Source: Octopus vulgaris
Taxonomy: Eukaryota
Assembly (NCBI GenBank): GCA_951406725.2
Contig: OX597814.1
Coordinates: 31,806,001 to 31,870,000, forward strand
DNA length: 64,000 nt
Direction of reading: 5' to 3'
A program made the translations under genes and the position numbers. Numbering within the stretch: the first letter of the stretch is position 1; the number at the start of each line of letters is the position of its first letter. The notes under the pieces were generated by a model. The model searched no databases, was not told where the DNA came from, and saw only the letters and a program-made list of their open reading frames with translations. Of the stretch, positions 29,725-43,385 are shown piece after piece.

Positions 29725-29891
29725 AGGCGCAGGCGTGGCTATGTGGTAAGAAGCTTGCTTTCCAACGACATGGTTCCGCCCGTGCTCAGCCCCACTGCGT
29801 AGCTCATTGGGCAAGTGTCTTCTACTATAGCATTGGACCGACCAAAGACTTGTGAGTGGAGATTTGGTCGACAGAATCTGAAAGCTAGTTG

Positions 29892-29953
<62 letters not shown>

Positions 29954-30370
29954 AATTGAGATAGGGTTGTAAATGCAACCCTCTATGGGATAACGTATAT
30001 CCAATATACTGCTAGTGAAGTACCCAACAAAGTTAATACATAAATGCTAATGATTGCGATGCAATCAATTCATTTACTGTATTATATGGGCAAAGGTAAA
30101 ATAATTTACCGCAAATTACTAATACAAGATAAGAAAATGGAGAAATACATCTATGTATGTGTGTGTGTGTTTGTCCCCCCCCCTCTACCATCCCTTGACA
30201 ACCGATTTTGATGTGTCTCCGTCCTTGTAATTTAGCGGTTCGGCTAAAGAGACGGATAGAATAATTTCTAGGCTTACATAGAATATATCATGGGGTTGTT
30301 TTCTTCGATTAAAGGCGGTGCTCCAGCATGGCTGCAGTCAAATGACTGAAACAAATTATAGAATAAAAAA
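29725..30370 (+). mobile_element. SINE family B interrupted at its internal microsatellite by a ~200 bp insertion
   Basis: Head at 29725-29890 and tail at 30150-30370, with (TA)n and unrelated sequence between. Confidence 0.7.
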
Positions 30371-30650
30371 ATTAGTCATATTTCTCATTTACCTGACAAA
30401 TACTAGTAAGTGATCACTGAGCAGGATCTCCAAAACAATCGAAACAGGCCAGCCTAAAATTTAATTCAATGTCACTGATAATAGAGAAATATGTACATCT
30501 CTATGTTTTTTTTCTATGCATGCATTTAGTTCTCAATTCAACTAAGGCATTTTCCGTTTCATGCCGAGGATGTACCGCACTTAAAAATAGGTAAATTCCA
30601 TCGAATGTATACTAGTAGCCTAAAATTTAATATGCATGCACACAGACAAT

Positions 30651-30729
<79 letters not shown>

Positions 30730-30736
30730 GATAGAG

Positions 30737-30809
<73 letters not shown>

Positions 30810-31279
30810 CCACTAGAGAAGAAAGTAACCATTTGACTTGAAAGGTGCAAAAAATAACGTGACTTCGCAATGCTGCTAACTTGGTTTTTCTGTTTGCTTT
30901 AGAGTATTTTCTTTTTTTCACTCATATTTCTTGAAATCTGGTAATAACTATTCATTGTATCTGACTTACATTAGCTCTAGGGTTATGAGAGCAATCAGAA
31001 TAACATAAACTTCTCTTAATTATTGCTCGTTCACTCCGTAGCATAAATAGTTCAGCAAAGAAAATATATTAAGCGCTTCTGGTTGGAGATCAATACCAAT
31101 AACTATTAAAATATATCCAAATACACAAGTATCGAGCACGCGTGATATATAGATCGAGTGTCATATACATATGAGACGTATTGGTATTTAGAAGATCCGA
31201 AGAGTGTCGGGTACTGCTAAGTAGGTGCAATGGCTAGACTGTAGTTAAACTCTTGGTATATATGCTGTCATATATATAT

Positions 31280-31620
31280 AGATTCAGTTGAATATGGTAC
31301 TTAAGTTAAAGGCACCAGAATTTAGTATGGTATTATCCATATAATTCAAAATGGGGTGTTTACAATCAAAATAAGCAACAAGGATATCCAGAAGTAATGA
31401 GGTACGATCGTTTCTTGCGACTCCATTCAATTGAACAATGCAAATATTACATCAGTTTTAAAGTGTAGAGCAATCTTCATATAAAATATAGAATTTAGTT
31501 AAATTCAAAGGATTGTATAGTTATTCTATCAAACAAAATCACAAAGAGGATAAATAGATAGACAAAGGACATGTTTCATCAACAATATTATAGTAGTATT
31601 TTGACCACTTTGAAAGTCCT
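31280..31620 (-). mobile_element. Non-coding (TA)n-anchored element with a degenerate hammerhead (31403-31480)
   Basis: Minus strand ATGAAGA-TTGC...GCAA-GAAA-CGATCG-TA. The segment downstream of the site is homologous to 55574-55672. Confidence 0.55.
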
Positions 31621-31892
31621 ATAGATCTCTCATTTTAATGAATTTTAATTACCTTTTTCTGAAGATATCTAAAAAGAAGCAGCAATTTTAGTAAACATAT
31701 TAAGCAACACTAATAATAAATCAAAAAACAAAGTAAAGAAGCTTTTGACGGTTTTATACATATTTCAAAATTATGATGCAATGATGCTAGGTGCTTCCAT
31801 TATTTTGTCCAAACCCTGTATGTATATACGTATATATATATATATATGTATGAATGTATATGTATATATATATATATATATATGTATGAATG

Positions 31893-31971
<79 letters not shown>

Positions 31972-32271
31972 ACGTACATACATACATGCATACATATGCA
32001 TACATACAATCACACATACACATAACGAGCAAGCCTACGTAATGCTAGATTTATATTTGTGTGTATCTCTGAATTATTAAACAACATAAGGTGTGCCCGT
32101 ATGAAGGCATTTGCACACAAAAAAAATATTACATGTGCTATTGTACATATGTGTATGTACACACGTATATTAATACGCATACTTATAGAACGCACACACA
32201 CACATATACATGCTTATACATAGTAAAAGTAGCAAACGTACATACACACATGGACGTAGGCATATGTCTTT

Positions 32272-32355
<84 letters not shown>

Positions 32356-33240
32356 CATATATGTAGTATGTATATGCATATGTTTATATATATATTCACA
32401 CGCACATTTTTCGTACATGTATAGATGATCATCTGTGTGTACGCGTGTGAACGTGGAATATAAATTCGTAAATAAATATTAACATATACATATGCTATGT
32501 GATCTGCACAGCTGCCGATGTTGGTATTAATTGGTCAGCAATGAAGATGAACAATCCCTTTGAACACGTCTTAACTTATAGCTAGTTTTCGACTTTCTTT
32601 CCTCCATGACCGCCGGCTTTTGTTGACCCCATCTCCTCATTATGTATTTATTAGTGCTCCCGCATGCTACGGCGGCAATGTTTGTCGAGTGAATAGTTAT
32701 TTATATATCTATTTATATGTATATCTTTTTAACCCTCTTTCTAATTTATCAGAAATATTTTTCTAAAATGATTGTTGTTTTGTTGTTATTTTTATAATTT
32801 GAAAACATCCTCTCCTCCTCCTCCTCCTCGTTGTCGTCGTCCCCATCACCATCATCATTATAATCATAATAAATTTTTTAACTGCGGTTAAATTGTTAAA
32901 ACATCGGAAAATATACTTCGTATTACTTGTCCTGGCTCTGTATTGGGAGCTCAATTCCAGCCAAAGTGTCATTTGTTTTGTATCTTTCAGAGTCGCTGAA
33001 ATAAAATTAGCTATCCGAACATTGAAGCGTATGGTATCGACGAAGCCATCTCTACTTCAAATGTTTTGGTGTTGCTTCAAAGTTAGAAAACACTACTATT
33101 ATATTTGTGATTATGAGATCAAATTCCAAAAAATTCAACACCTATTTTCATCCCGCCGATAACTGCCTCGATGCCGCTTCTGAAACGGCTAATTTTTTGA
33201 TCAGGTAATATTTATTTATGTTGGCCTACTCACGTGATCA

Positions 33241-33532
33241 CGTGACCGACCAGACCATCAGATGTAGTTACACATCGCTGGTCACAATGCGTTTGCATTT
33301 TTTAGCCTTCGAATGACGCCACCCCGCTGGCTAAGCGAGCAGGCCAACAGAAGAAAGAGTGGGAGAAAGAGTGGTGAAAGAGTACAGCAGGGACCACCAC
33401 CCCCTGCCGGAGCGTCGTGGAGCTTTTAGGTGTTTTCGCTCAATAAACACTCACAAAGCCCGGTCTGGGAATCGAAACCGCGATCCTGCGACCGCGAGTC
33501 CGCTGCCCTAACCACTAGGCCATTGCGCCTCC
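33241..33532 (-). mobile_element. SINE family A, tail type 1
   Basis: Near-identical to 16036-16333. Confidence 0.85.
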
Positions 33533-34059
33533 ACATGTTGGCCTAATAGTTCCCTTTTTTTTCTCTTTTGATTTCGTTGATCATATTGACGGCCTGTTTT
33601 TAATATGTTAGTTACAAATGAAGGAAGTACCAATGACTGTGTACAAAGTCTCCGAAACAGAGAGTAAGAATTCAACAAACCGGAGTCCTGTCCTGAAAAG
33701 CTGCAACAGTAGACTCCGCTAACGACATTCAACGTGCCAAGAGTAGTTGTTGAACACGTCGCTGAATTAAGTCTCTCACCGTTGCAAACCATAGAATTGT
33801 TTTAACTCGGTACGTAAAGAGCTGGAATAAATACTGCAAATAATCCGTTCCGACGTTATTTCAGTTTAATAAATCCACTAATTGGTACTTTTTACTATCA
33901 GCTCTAAAAAGATGAAAGTCTAGATTGACCTCGGCGCAGTCTGAGCAAAAAGTACCGAATATCGGTGCAGATAGCGTGTGTCATTGTATCTAACGCGTTA
34001 ATAACACTACCGAAGCTTTGTTTGAGCTCAAATACCTAAACAATAATAAAACAAACTTG

Positions 34060-35170
34060 CTTAACGCGGTTCATCATCTCATCGCTCCTTTTCTTATCGT
34101 TCTAACATGATGAACCCCATTCTAACCATTCTCTTCCGCCTCAAGGCAATCCCAAATCACAGATCCTTGTTTTATCTCTGTCGGTAACTGCGTTACCAAG
34201 CGAATCTTTAAATAGTTAACGACCACTCTAAACTGGTTTATACTACTATTTGTTGGACGCCTCGATGGCGAGATTATTCCCCGGTTCATCAGTTGTTAAT
34301 AAATGGATGTATGTGTTCGTACCATCTTCATTATCTCTAAGCAGCTAATCTTCATCATGCCCATCTTTAATTATATCAATCCAACTTTGAAATTCATTTC
34401 TAATATCACTAACACCTGCCAACTTTGCAAACGTCTTCGTTTCTGTTGACAACATTTACATCTCATGTAAATTGCTTTTAGAAACGCACTAACACTTACT
34501 TAAACACAAATTAATTCCCATGTTTCTCTACTCACATTAAATTCTTCCACCTCCACCATCACTGTAACCTGGTTTCGAATCAGAGTTATCTTGTACACCT
34601 TGCATTATAATCAAGCAACCAGCATCTTTTTTTGTGGCTTTACCTTGCTACCGATCCTGTTCTGCCTGCTATTATTCATAATTTCTGTGTTTAGCAATCG
34701 CATCCTCTTACTGATGCAGTTTTCCCCAAAACTCAGTCCTTTAGATGTGGTCTTATTCTAAGCGAGTTTCTGGTTCACAATTATCTCACTCCTTACTTAG
34801 CTCAATCTAGATCTCCAGTCTATCTCCACTCCAAACTGAAACACCCAATTTTTTTCTATAGACTTACGCCCAGCATGAGTTCTATTAACCATGTATACAG
34901 CCCTTTTACTACCTACGTCAAGGATGTAATTTATTGCATAAAATACGAAATACAAGGTGCCCTGTATATAATCGAGTCTAATCGTTGGCTGATAGGACAT
35001 TCCAGAGATTTGCACGTCACAGCTTTGGACCTCTTAAATATATTGCACATCTACTAGTCAATCCTATCATAGTATTACTACCTGTGGACTTCCGTATTCC
35101 GAATAAGACAAACAACGTGCAAATTCTGCATGGAGAACGATCAATTTTTCATTTAGAAACTGAAGTCAAT
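34060..35170 (+). mobile_element. Very decayed Penelope-like element (RT to GIY-YIG)
   Basis: FNYINPTLKFISNI (~34366) and FTTYVKDVIYCIKYEIQGALYIIESNRWL (~34905) resemble FTCxSxxVIYCI...LYIGET. Confidence 0.55.
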
Positions 35171-36799
35171 GATTGATCAGTTTCTTCTAACTTTTAACGC
35201 TTCACTTCTTCATACATTATGACTTAATAATTCATTTACGTTCGCATTCTTACAAACACAGAAACATATGAACAATATATTTTCGGTCATACATGCATGC
35301 GGCCGTACCGCACCCGTTTCTTACCGCTGTTTGGTCAATCAAGTCAATCCCTAGTGCATATATTCATATTCCGCTACCCAGAAAAGAGTTACCTAACGTC
35401 AATCCCCACACGATACAACTTCAACCTCATCCTTCATTCAAGCAGTTAAATCCCCTGAAAATAATTTTTATTTGAAAATGCCACAATGCATAATATAATT
35501 CTAGCTTTCTTGCATATAAGAAAATGACGTGATAGTCATGGCAAGAATGTTTATGAGCACATGATCGGGACTAACTATGGGGTTAAACAATAATAATAAT
35601 AATAATAACAATAGTGAGTCTAACAGCTGCAACAATGCCAACGTCACGTGTCCGCTCTTGTGATTACATACATGCTATACGTTTCTGTGACACATTATCA
35701 CTCACGAATTTCGAATTTCGAGCATTCTGAAGTTTTTCTCCCTTTTATAATTCTTCTTTGTCTAGATAAATGGCATAGCTCGAAACATTGATTCATTCTT
35801 ATTATTCTACATGGCCTAATAACAGGTTTGGTTTATTGATGCTCATTACCATAACATTTTTCCCTTTTTATTTGTTTTGCCGACACCTCTACTATTATTT
35901 ATCTAAAAAGCATTTTTGATTTTCAAATTAGTAGTCTGTAATGCCGAGTTTACATTATTGATCTCTGGCTATATTATATTGAAGCCCTGAACACACAGTG
36001 GCACATATTATAGACATATATGTTGTTTCCGTGTGTTTGTTAGCTCCTGGTCAAACATGATAACATGATTGATTAGAAATATGATAAAATGGTGTTCCAG
36101 CCATGAAGAACAGCCATTACTTCTACGCCTAGTATACCCTAAATCAGTAAAATTTGGTTTGGAGGAAACGCGGTTGCTATTTATACAAGAGTGAGAGACC
36201 ACCTCTGTTGGCGTATTTAAAAAAATGTTTTTAGTTGGGTAGACTGAGAAAAATTATAAAGATGCACTCACTATGTCTGAAAACAAAAATTCAGTTTCAT
36301 TTTTATAATTATGGCAATTTGTTTCGATGAGATTTTATGAAATATCTCAGATATTCATTTTCAGGCATAACCACTCCAGAAATCTAGTGTCCTTCCAAAG
36401 ACAGAACCCGAGCATAAATTTACTGCTCGTTTAAAATCCGTTCTTTTCCATTGCAACATTATTTTTAATAGATAAGACAGTAAGTAATGGCTTTATATGT
36501 TCTTCTACTGTAAACTTTAGGCTTACTCTAAACAAATTTATAACATTTAGATTTGTAAACATCACGATACGTAAATGGGCGTTGTTTGTGTTAGCTGTTC
36601 TGTTATTTGTTTACTTCTATGTTCTCTTCTCTTCCCGTCCTATGCCTGTCAATCTATGTTGCTTTCACTCTCACTTCCTTTCTATCCCCATGTATAAGTA
36701 TATATACATACATACGTACTTATATATAAGTATGTATGTATATATTTGTATATATACAGGCTTATACAAATATATATATATATATGTGTGTTTGTGTAC

Positions 36800-36839
<40 letters not shown>

Positions 36840-38052
36840 ATATAAAGATAGATAAATAAGAAGATAGGTAGATAAACAGATAGCTAGAGATACATAGATT
36901 GATAGACACAGATAAATAAATATAAATACATATATATATGTATATACATACACGCGCACACATACACATGTTATACCCCCCCACACACACACACATATAT
37001 ACACATACCTGTACATTGCTTTCCAATCTATTTTAGTTTGCTCGTTCTCCGTCTATTCATTAAGTCCATTGTTCAGTAAATGAAGCATCATATTTTCTTT
37101 TTCAACCTTTCATCGCAGTCCAGTTTCTGAGGAAATATTCCAGGCCATTTATATATTGACTTGAGGTTATTCCTTACTTTAGTGGAGATGAAGATGTTTG
37201 ATTAACGAATTCTCTGATCTTTGTTTGCCCCCACGACATTATGTTCCTCTTAACGTTCATTCTTAATAAAATGACATCTACAGCCCTCGGCACATTTTCG
37301 AAACTCTTATAATTCGCAAAGGTGCATGGGTCGCATTTTCCTCCCGGAAAAACTAATATCAAATGTGGTTACTGTTACTTATATTCTATCCAGGTCATGT
37401 CTCGGGTTATTTCCAAATATCAGAATGCTTATGAATTATTTCACTTTTACCAGGCTTCGGGCATATCTGCTGATTTCTTAATATAAGGGAGAGATAATAA
37501 GCTGTAATGAGCATCGTTAGTTTTACAAAGGAATTGCAAGAATGGTAATAGTTTTTAAGTTGATATGTTGGCAAACAAATCAACATTTAATGTTTTATAC
37601 TATATCTACACATTAAGAGTATGTTAATCGTTCCCCATTTAAAACAGTTCCATGCATTAAAAGGTTTGTTTGGGAATATACATTATAGGTTGTTAATTTA
37701 ATATATCTCTCGGTTCCAATGAGTGTTTATGTTATTCTTTTACCGAAAATGGTTCCATTTAATGCATGCAATATTAACGATATCTACTAAGTATATATTA
37801 TCATTAAAATAATAAAAGAGAATACATACTAAGACGAAAAGAAATACATATAGATATGTGCAAATATATCATTATAAACACGTGCAATGATGAAATGTAC
37901 GGCGTTATTTACTTACATATAATAGGATACCACACACACCAATATACATGTGTGTGTGTGTGCATATGTATATATATATATATATAGATATGGAGAGTGG
38001 GAGAGAGAGAGAGAAAGAGAGAAAGAAACATAGATAGATTGATCGATCGATC

Positions 38053-38088
<36 letters not shown>

Positions 38089-39048
38089 CATTTGACATCA
38101 TAAGAATTTTTAAATTTCGGGAGGAAATAAGATAATTATTTTTAGAGCGGTGTCTCTCGAAGCAGCAAAAGCTATAAATAATAGCATTCCAATGAAAAAA
38201 TTATCTCAGGTTCCTTGAAAGTTCATAAATTCATATGACATTAACTACACAAATTCTCGCCGATAAGCATAAAGTTTCTTAAAAGGATAGAGAAGATTGA
38301 AGGACTGCTTTAGTCCAAAGGTATAACTCTCTCTTTGCCACACATACTAATTCATTTCGTAGCTATACGTGTACACTAATGATTATGCTTCTAGGCATAC
38401 ACGTGTAAACATTCGCACTAATGCATATATACACATTACTTATTCATACGTGTCCAAGAAAACATATTCAGACATATATTTAACTGTATCCTTTAAAATA
38501 AAGATATAGGAAAAAGGAGAAAATAGATGCTTTATTAAGTATGGAAGTTGATTGAATATATTCTAATGTTATGTCGTGCATATCAAGAAAGGGGTTCATG
38601 GTGAGGGAGCAAGAGGGAGAACAATGAGAGTAAAAAGCACTGAGATATTATGTTGCATGAGGTGTAGTCTATAACAAGAGGAATTCTGTATGTGATTATA
38701 CGGAGATTTTTCTATTTTTTAAACAGAAGATTAATATTTATTTCCCATTTTTGGCACAAGGCCAGCAACTTCAGAAGATGGGGGTAAGTCAATTACATCG
38801 ACTCCAGTGCTCCACTGGTTTGTATTTCATAAATCACGAAAGGACGAAAGGCAAAGCCGATTTCGGCTGAATTTGAACTCATAACGCGAAGACGGACGAA
38901 ACGCCGCTAAGTATTCCGCCCGGCGTGCTAACGATTGTGCCTGCTCACAATATAAACATTATATCAATAGAGTATGATGTGCTGTATAGTTGCTTCGATG
39001 TAAGCACTTATACACACGCACACACACGCACAGATAAATAGATTGTAG

Positions 39049-39423
39049 GAGCACTCCGTCGGTTACGACGACGAGGGTTCCAGTTGATCCGATCAACGGA
39101 ACAGCCGTGAAATTAACGTGTAAGTGGCTGAGCACTCCACAGACACGTGTAACCTTAACGTAGTTCTCGGGGATATTCAGCGTGACACAGAGAGTGACAA
39201 GGCTGACCCTTTGAAATACAGGTACAACAGAAACAGGAAGTAAGAGTGAGAGAAAGTTGTGGTGAAAGAGTACAGCAGGGATCACCACCATCCCCTGCCG
39301 GAGCCTCGTGGAGCTTTTAGGTGTTTTCGCTCAATAAACACTCAGAACGCCCGGTCTGGGAATCGAAACCGCGATCCTACGACCGCGAGTCCACTGCCCT
39401 AACCACTGGGCCATTGCGCCTCC
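39049..39423 (-). mobile_element. SINE family A, tail type 2, with TSD
   Basis: Same head as family A but a different tail. Flanking direct repeat cacagataaatag at 39029-39041 and 39423-39435. Confidence 0.9.
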
Positions 39424-39754
39424 ACAGATAAATAGCTTACTGAGATGTATATGCATAGCAAATATTTTAATATGAGACTGCAGTGAAACTACTACTTTAC
39501 ACCTTCAGTTCTCCTATTCACATTGTATTCTTTGAATAAGTCTTTTATACGCTGGCCACTGATAAAACTTTCAACGATTTTATCCTTTTTTAATTATATT
39601 AGAATATTCCCCATTCACTTTGAGATGCTTTAATCACTTCCGTACTATTGTGACCAAATATACACGTGATGATGTAGACTACGAAATTCGATGCTGATAT
39701 ATCTGTGGTATTTGTATGTAATCACAGCTTAGTGTTTGCTTTTTCTGTGGGTAT

Positions 39755-39973
39755 ACTCTCTCTTTTCTCTTTTACTTGTTTCAGTCATTTGACTGAGGCC
39801 ATGCTGGAGCACCACCTTTAGTCGAGCAAATCGACCCCGGGACTTATTCTTTGTAAGCCCAGTACTTATTCTATCGGTCTCTTTTGCCGAACCGCTAAGT
39901 GACGGGGACGTAAACACACCAGCATCGGTTGTCAATCAATGCTAGGGGGACAAACACAGACACACAAACATAT

Positions 39974-40040
<67 letters not shown>

Positions 40041-40200
40041 TACGACAGGCTTCTTTCAGTTTCCGTCTACCAAATCCACTCACAAGGCATAGGTCGGCCC
40101 GGGGCTATAGCAAAAGACACATGCCCAAGATGCCACGCAGTGGGACTGAACCCGGAACCATGTGGTTGGTAAGCAAGCTACTTACCACACAGCCACTCCT
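39755..40200 (-). mobile_element. SINE family B, full length
   Basis: Head, internal (TA)n and tail are all present. Confidence 0.9.
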
Positions 40201-40733
40201 GTATGTATAGACGTCACACTTATTTCCCTCAGTATGCTTTGCTAACGAAGGCAGTGTCATTAGACTAATCCACAAGTTGATCAATCCAAGGGTATCTGAA
40301 TAATTTTATGAATTTCTGTCAGCCTACTCCCTCGCTTTCGACGTGTGTGTTTTATAAAAGTCATGATTTAGAGTTGTTCGACGATTTAGAGTCTATTTTC
40401 AGAATGCAGGAATAGTAAATTCTGTGCCCTTAATTATAATTGCATTTTATATTACTTTAAATCTCTCTTTCTCACTGAATATATAGGTCTCCTTTGCCGA
40501 ACTGCTAAGTTACAGGGACGTAAATACACCAACATCAGTTGGCAAGTGATGGTGGTGGTGAAGATGGCTGCAAACACAGACACACACATACATGAATATA
40601 TACAAATACACACACACACATAACATATATATATATATGCATATATATACATGCGTATATGTACATAAATACATCTATACGTAGCTGATCGACTTAAGCG
40701 GGGCAGGGCCGTTGTTTATTTATAATGCATTCT

Positions 40734-40779
40734 GGCCTGCTGATGAGTACGTAAGTATGAAATCACTGTGATACAGGTC
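40734..40779 (+). ncRNA. Type I hammerhead ribozyme, copy 1
   Basis: GGCCTG-CTGATGA-GTAC(GTAA)GTAT-GAAA-TCACTGTGA-TA^CAGGTC. Confidence 0.9.
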
Positions 40780-41213
40780 TATATTTTTTAAATGTCTTAC
40801 TTTGAAAAATTGCATTCGGTGGGATTAGTAATATTTTTGGTAGAAATGACTAATTGTCCCTCTTAGCGTTTGGCATGTATATATAATGCCTTCTGGCATG
40901 TATGTATAATGCCCTCTATATATAAATTAATATGTTCAATAAGAAATAATTATTTTCGAAATTTTTTCTCTTATGAGGTTTTTACGCTATCTACCTGACA
41001 ATTTCTTGTTAAGTTTTCCTTATTAAGTAGTTGTCCTTAATTGCTAAATTTTTATTCCGAAAAAACTTTTCCTCTCCCGAAATGCAATTCGTAAAAGTTT
41101 GCCATTTGACCGTATGTAATATATGTAAACTCACCCATGTGCTTCGATGATGTTGAACAGTTAGCTGATCGACTTAAGCGGGGCAGGGTCGTTGTTTATT
41201 TATAATGCATTCT

Positions 41214-41259
41214 GGCCTGCTGATGAGTACGTAAGTATGAAATCACTGTGATACAGGTC
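41214..41259 (+). ncRNA. Type I hammerhead ribozyme, copy 2
   Basis: Identical to copy 1, 480 bp downstream. Confidence 0.9.
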
Positions 41260-41475
41260 TATATTTTTTAAATGTCTTACTTTGAAAAATTGCATTCGGT
41301 GGGATTAGTAATATTTTTGGTAGAAATGACTAATTGTCCCTCTTAGCGTTTGGCATGTATATATAATGCCTTCTGGCATGTATGTATAATGCCCTCTATA
41401 TATAAATTTATATATATATATGCATATATATGCATATATATGTATGTATATATATATATATATATATATAAATAT

Positions 41476-41688
41476 ATAGTTAATCCAAACATGAAAACAC
41501 AAAGAGAAAACGCAACAACGCGAGGACGTGGAACAAATATAGTATTATTGGACGCTAAGGAAGGAAGTGAAGAAGGAGGGTTTAACGTTTCGAGCAGAGC
41601 TCTTCGTCGGAAACATAGGAGAAGGAAAGATCCAGAGAAGGGAACACAGAGGAAAAAAAATCGCCAACGGTACACACGCAGTCACATT

Positions 41689-41690
<2 letters not shown>
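41476..41690 (-). mobile_element. Solo Penelope pLTR-like tail with a minimal hammerhead (41580-41614)
   Basis: Homologous to 24505-24715. Reads GTTTCCGACGAAGAGCTCTGCTCGAAACGTTAAAC. Confidence 0.7.
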
Positions 41691-41726
<36 letters not shown>

Positions 41727-41781
41727 TATATATATATATATTATTTATATTATATATACATTTATACACACATACGTTTAT

Positions 41782-41857
<76 letters not shown>

Positions 41858-41861
<4 letters not shown>

Positions 41862-42066
41862 TTATTGAGCGAAAACACCTTAAAGCTCCATGAGGCTCCG
41901 GCAGGGGTGGTGATCCCTGCTGTACTCTTTCACCACTCTTTCTCTCACTCTTTCTTCTGTTGGCCTGCTCGTTTAGCCAGCGGGGTGGCGTCATTCGCAG
42001 GCTAAAACAATGCGAACGCATTGTGACCAGCGATGTGTAGCAGCATCTGATGGTCTGGTCGGTCAC
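41858..42066 (+). mobile_element. SINE family A, 5'-truncated, tail type 1
   Basis: Matches 2210-2396. Confidence 0.8.
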
Positions 42067-42769
42067 TTGATAAAGTGATATATATATATATATAAAAGAG
42101 ATAAAGACTGGTGATATATTCGGAAGAAGAAAATAATGGGGATTAATAGGTATAGGTTGATATTGCGTTTGTTTTGTACCAGTAATGATCTACAAATAGG
42201 CGTTTGCAGGACTGTAGCCTAAGTAGGCAACTAAATCCCAGAAAGATATGGTCTAGTCTGAACTCTTTACCGATTAGAAGAAAATAAAATAAATAATAAT
42301 CACACAGGCTATAATTTAACTAAATTATTCCTCTTATGAATTATTCCTTTTTTGCCTTTAAATATCAGACGGAGTAAATGACAGGTACAATCTTTTCCGA
42401 GAATTAAATCCCATGATACACGTTTCACATCAGGCGGATCACACTACTATAAAATTCAAGGTATTTTTTTTTTGTACAGTACGACACACCGAGAATCACC
42501 AGGGCTGTAGTTTTTCTATGACTGATCTACAAAGTCAATTTCTTCTGTAGAAATACCCACTACTTAAAACAGACGATTACATTGAGCAGTGTAGTTTTCA
42601 AGATGTACAAAATCAAAGGTGTTCACAGTTGCAACTTCATTGATCATAAATTCCCTCAGTTAACGACGCTTGGTTCAAAACTACAGCAGCAACAATAACA
42701 TATGGTCAATAAATAAATCTTGTATAACACCATTATCAACATTGTTTTCAATTTTTCAGGCTAACAATT

Positions 42770-43385
42770 TCGAGAAAGGGTTCAGTCGGTTACATCCAAC
42801 TCAGTGCTCAACTGGCACTTATTTTATCGACTGCGAAATATATGAGGCGAAGCCGATCCCTGCGGAACTGGAACTCGGAACGTAGATACAGAGGAAATGC
42901 CGCTAAGCATTGTGTCCGCCGGGGTTCTATCAACCTGCCGCATTAATTGCCATCATTGATATTTGATGGCAAATTCGGGTGAGTAGGTAAGTCGATTACA
43001 TCGACCCCAGTGCTCATCTGACACTTTTTTATTGACCACGAAAAGATGAAAGGCAAAGTCAACCTCGGCGGCATTTGAACTCAGAACATAAAGAAGTACG
43101 AAATGCCGCCATGCATTTGAACCGGTTTGCTAAAAATTCTGCCAAATCGTCGCCTTCATTGCCATCGTTAGTTGGCAGAAACGTTAGCACGCCAAGCGAA
43201 ATACTTAGCAGTATTTCGTCTGCCGCTACGTTCTGAGTTCAAATTCCGCCGAGGTCGACTTTGCCTTTCATCCTTTCGGGGTCGATTAAATAAGTACCAC
43301 TGGGGACGATATGATCGACTTAATCCGTTTGCCTGTCTTTGTTTGTCCTCTCTGTGTTTAGCCCCTTGTGGGTAGTAAAGAAATA
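42770..43385. mobile_element. Cluster of SINE family C copies: two decayed on minus, one on plus from 43171
   Basis: Central GTCGACTTTGCCTTTCATC block appears in both orientations. Confidence 0.75.

Larger units (their letters stand above)
40682..41408 (+). mobile_element. Retrozyme-like element: 480 bp period, 247 bp direct repeats each with a hammerhead
   Basis: 40682-40928 and 41162-41408 are identical except one base (40709 C / 41189 T). No credible ORF, flanked by TA-rich microsatellite. Confidence 0.9.

Noticed and set aside
32991-33204. Possible plus-strand exon (tctttcAG ... CAG|gtaata), and an overlapping minus-strand candidate
   Set aside because: No frame is open throughout and there is no recognisable product. 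It could be a UTR exon but this cannot be supported.
37174-37362. Minus-strand ORF beginning VFPGGKCDP (Nudix-like start) and ending at a GTAAGG donor-like site
   Set aside because: The REUxEE part of the Nudix box is absent, and there is no convincing acceptor or partner exon.
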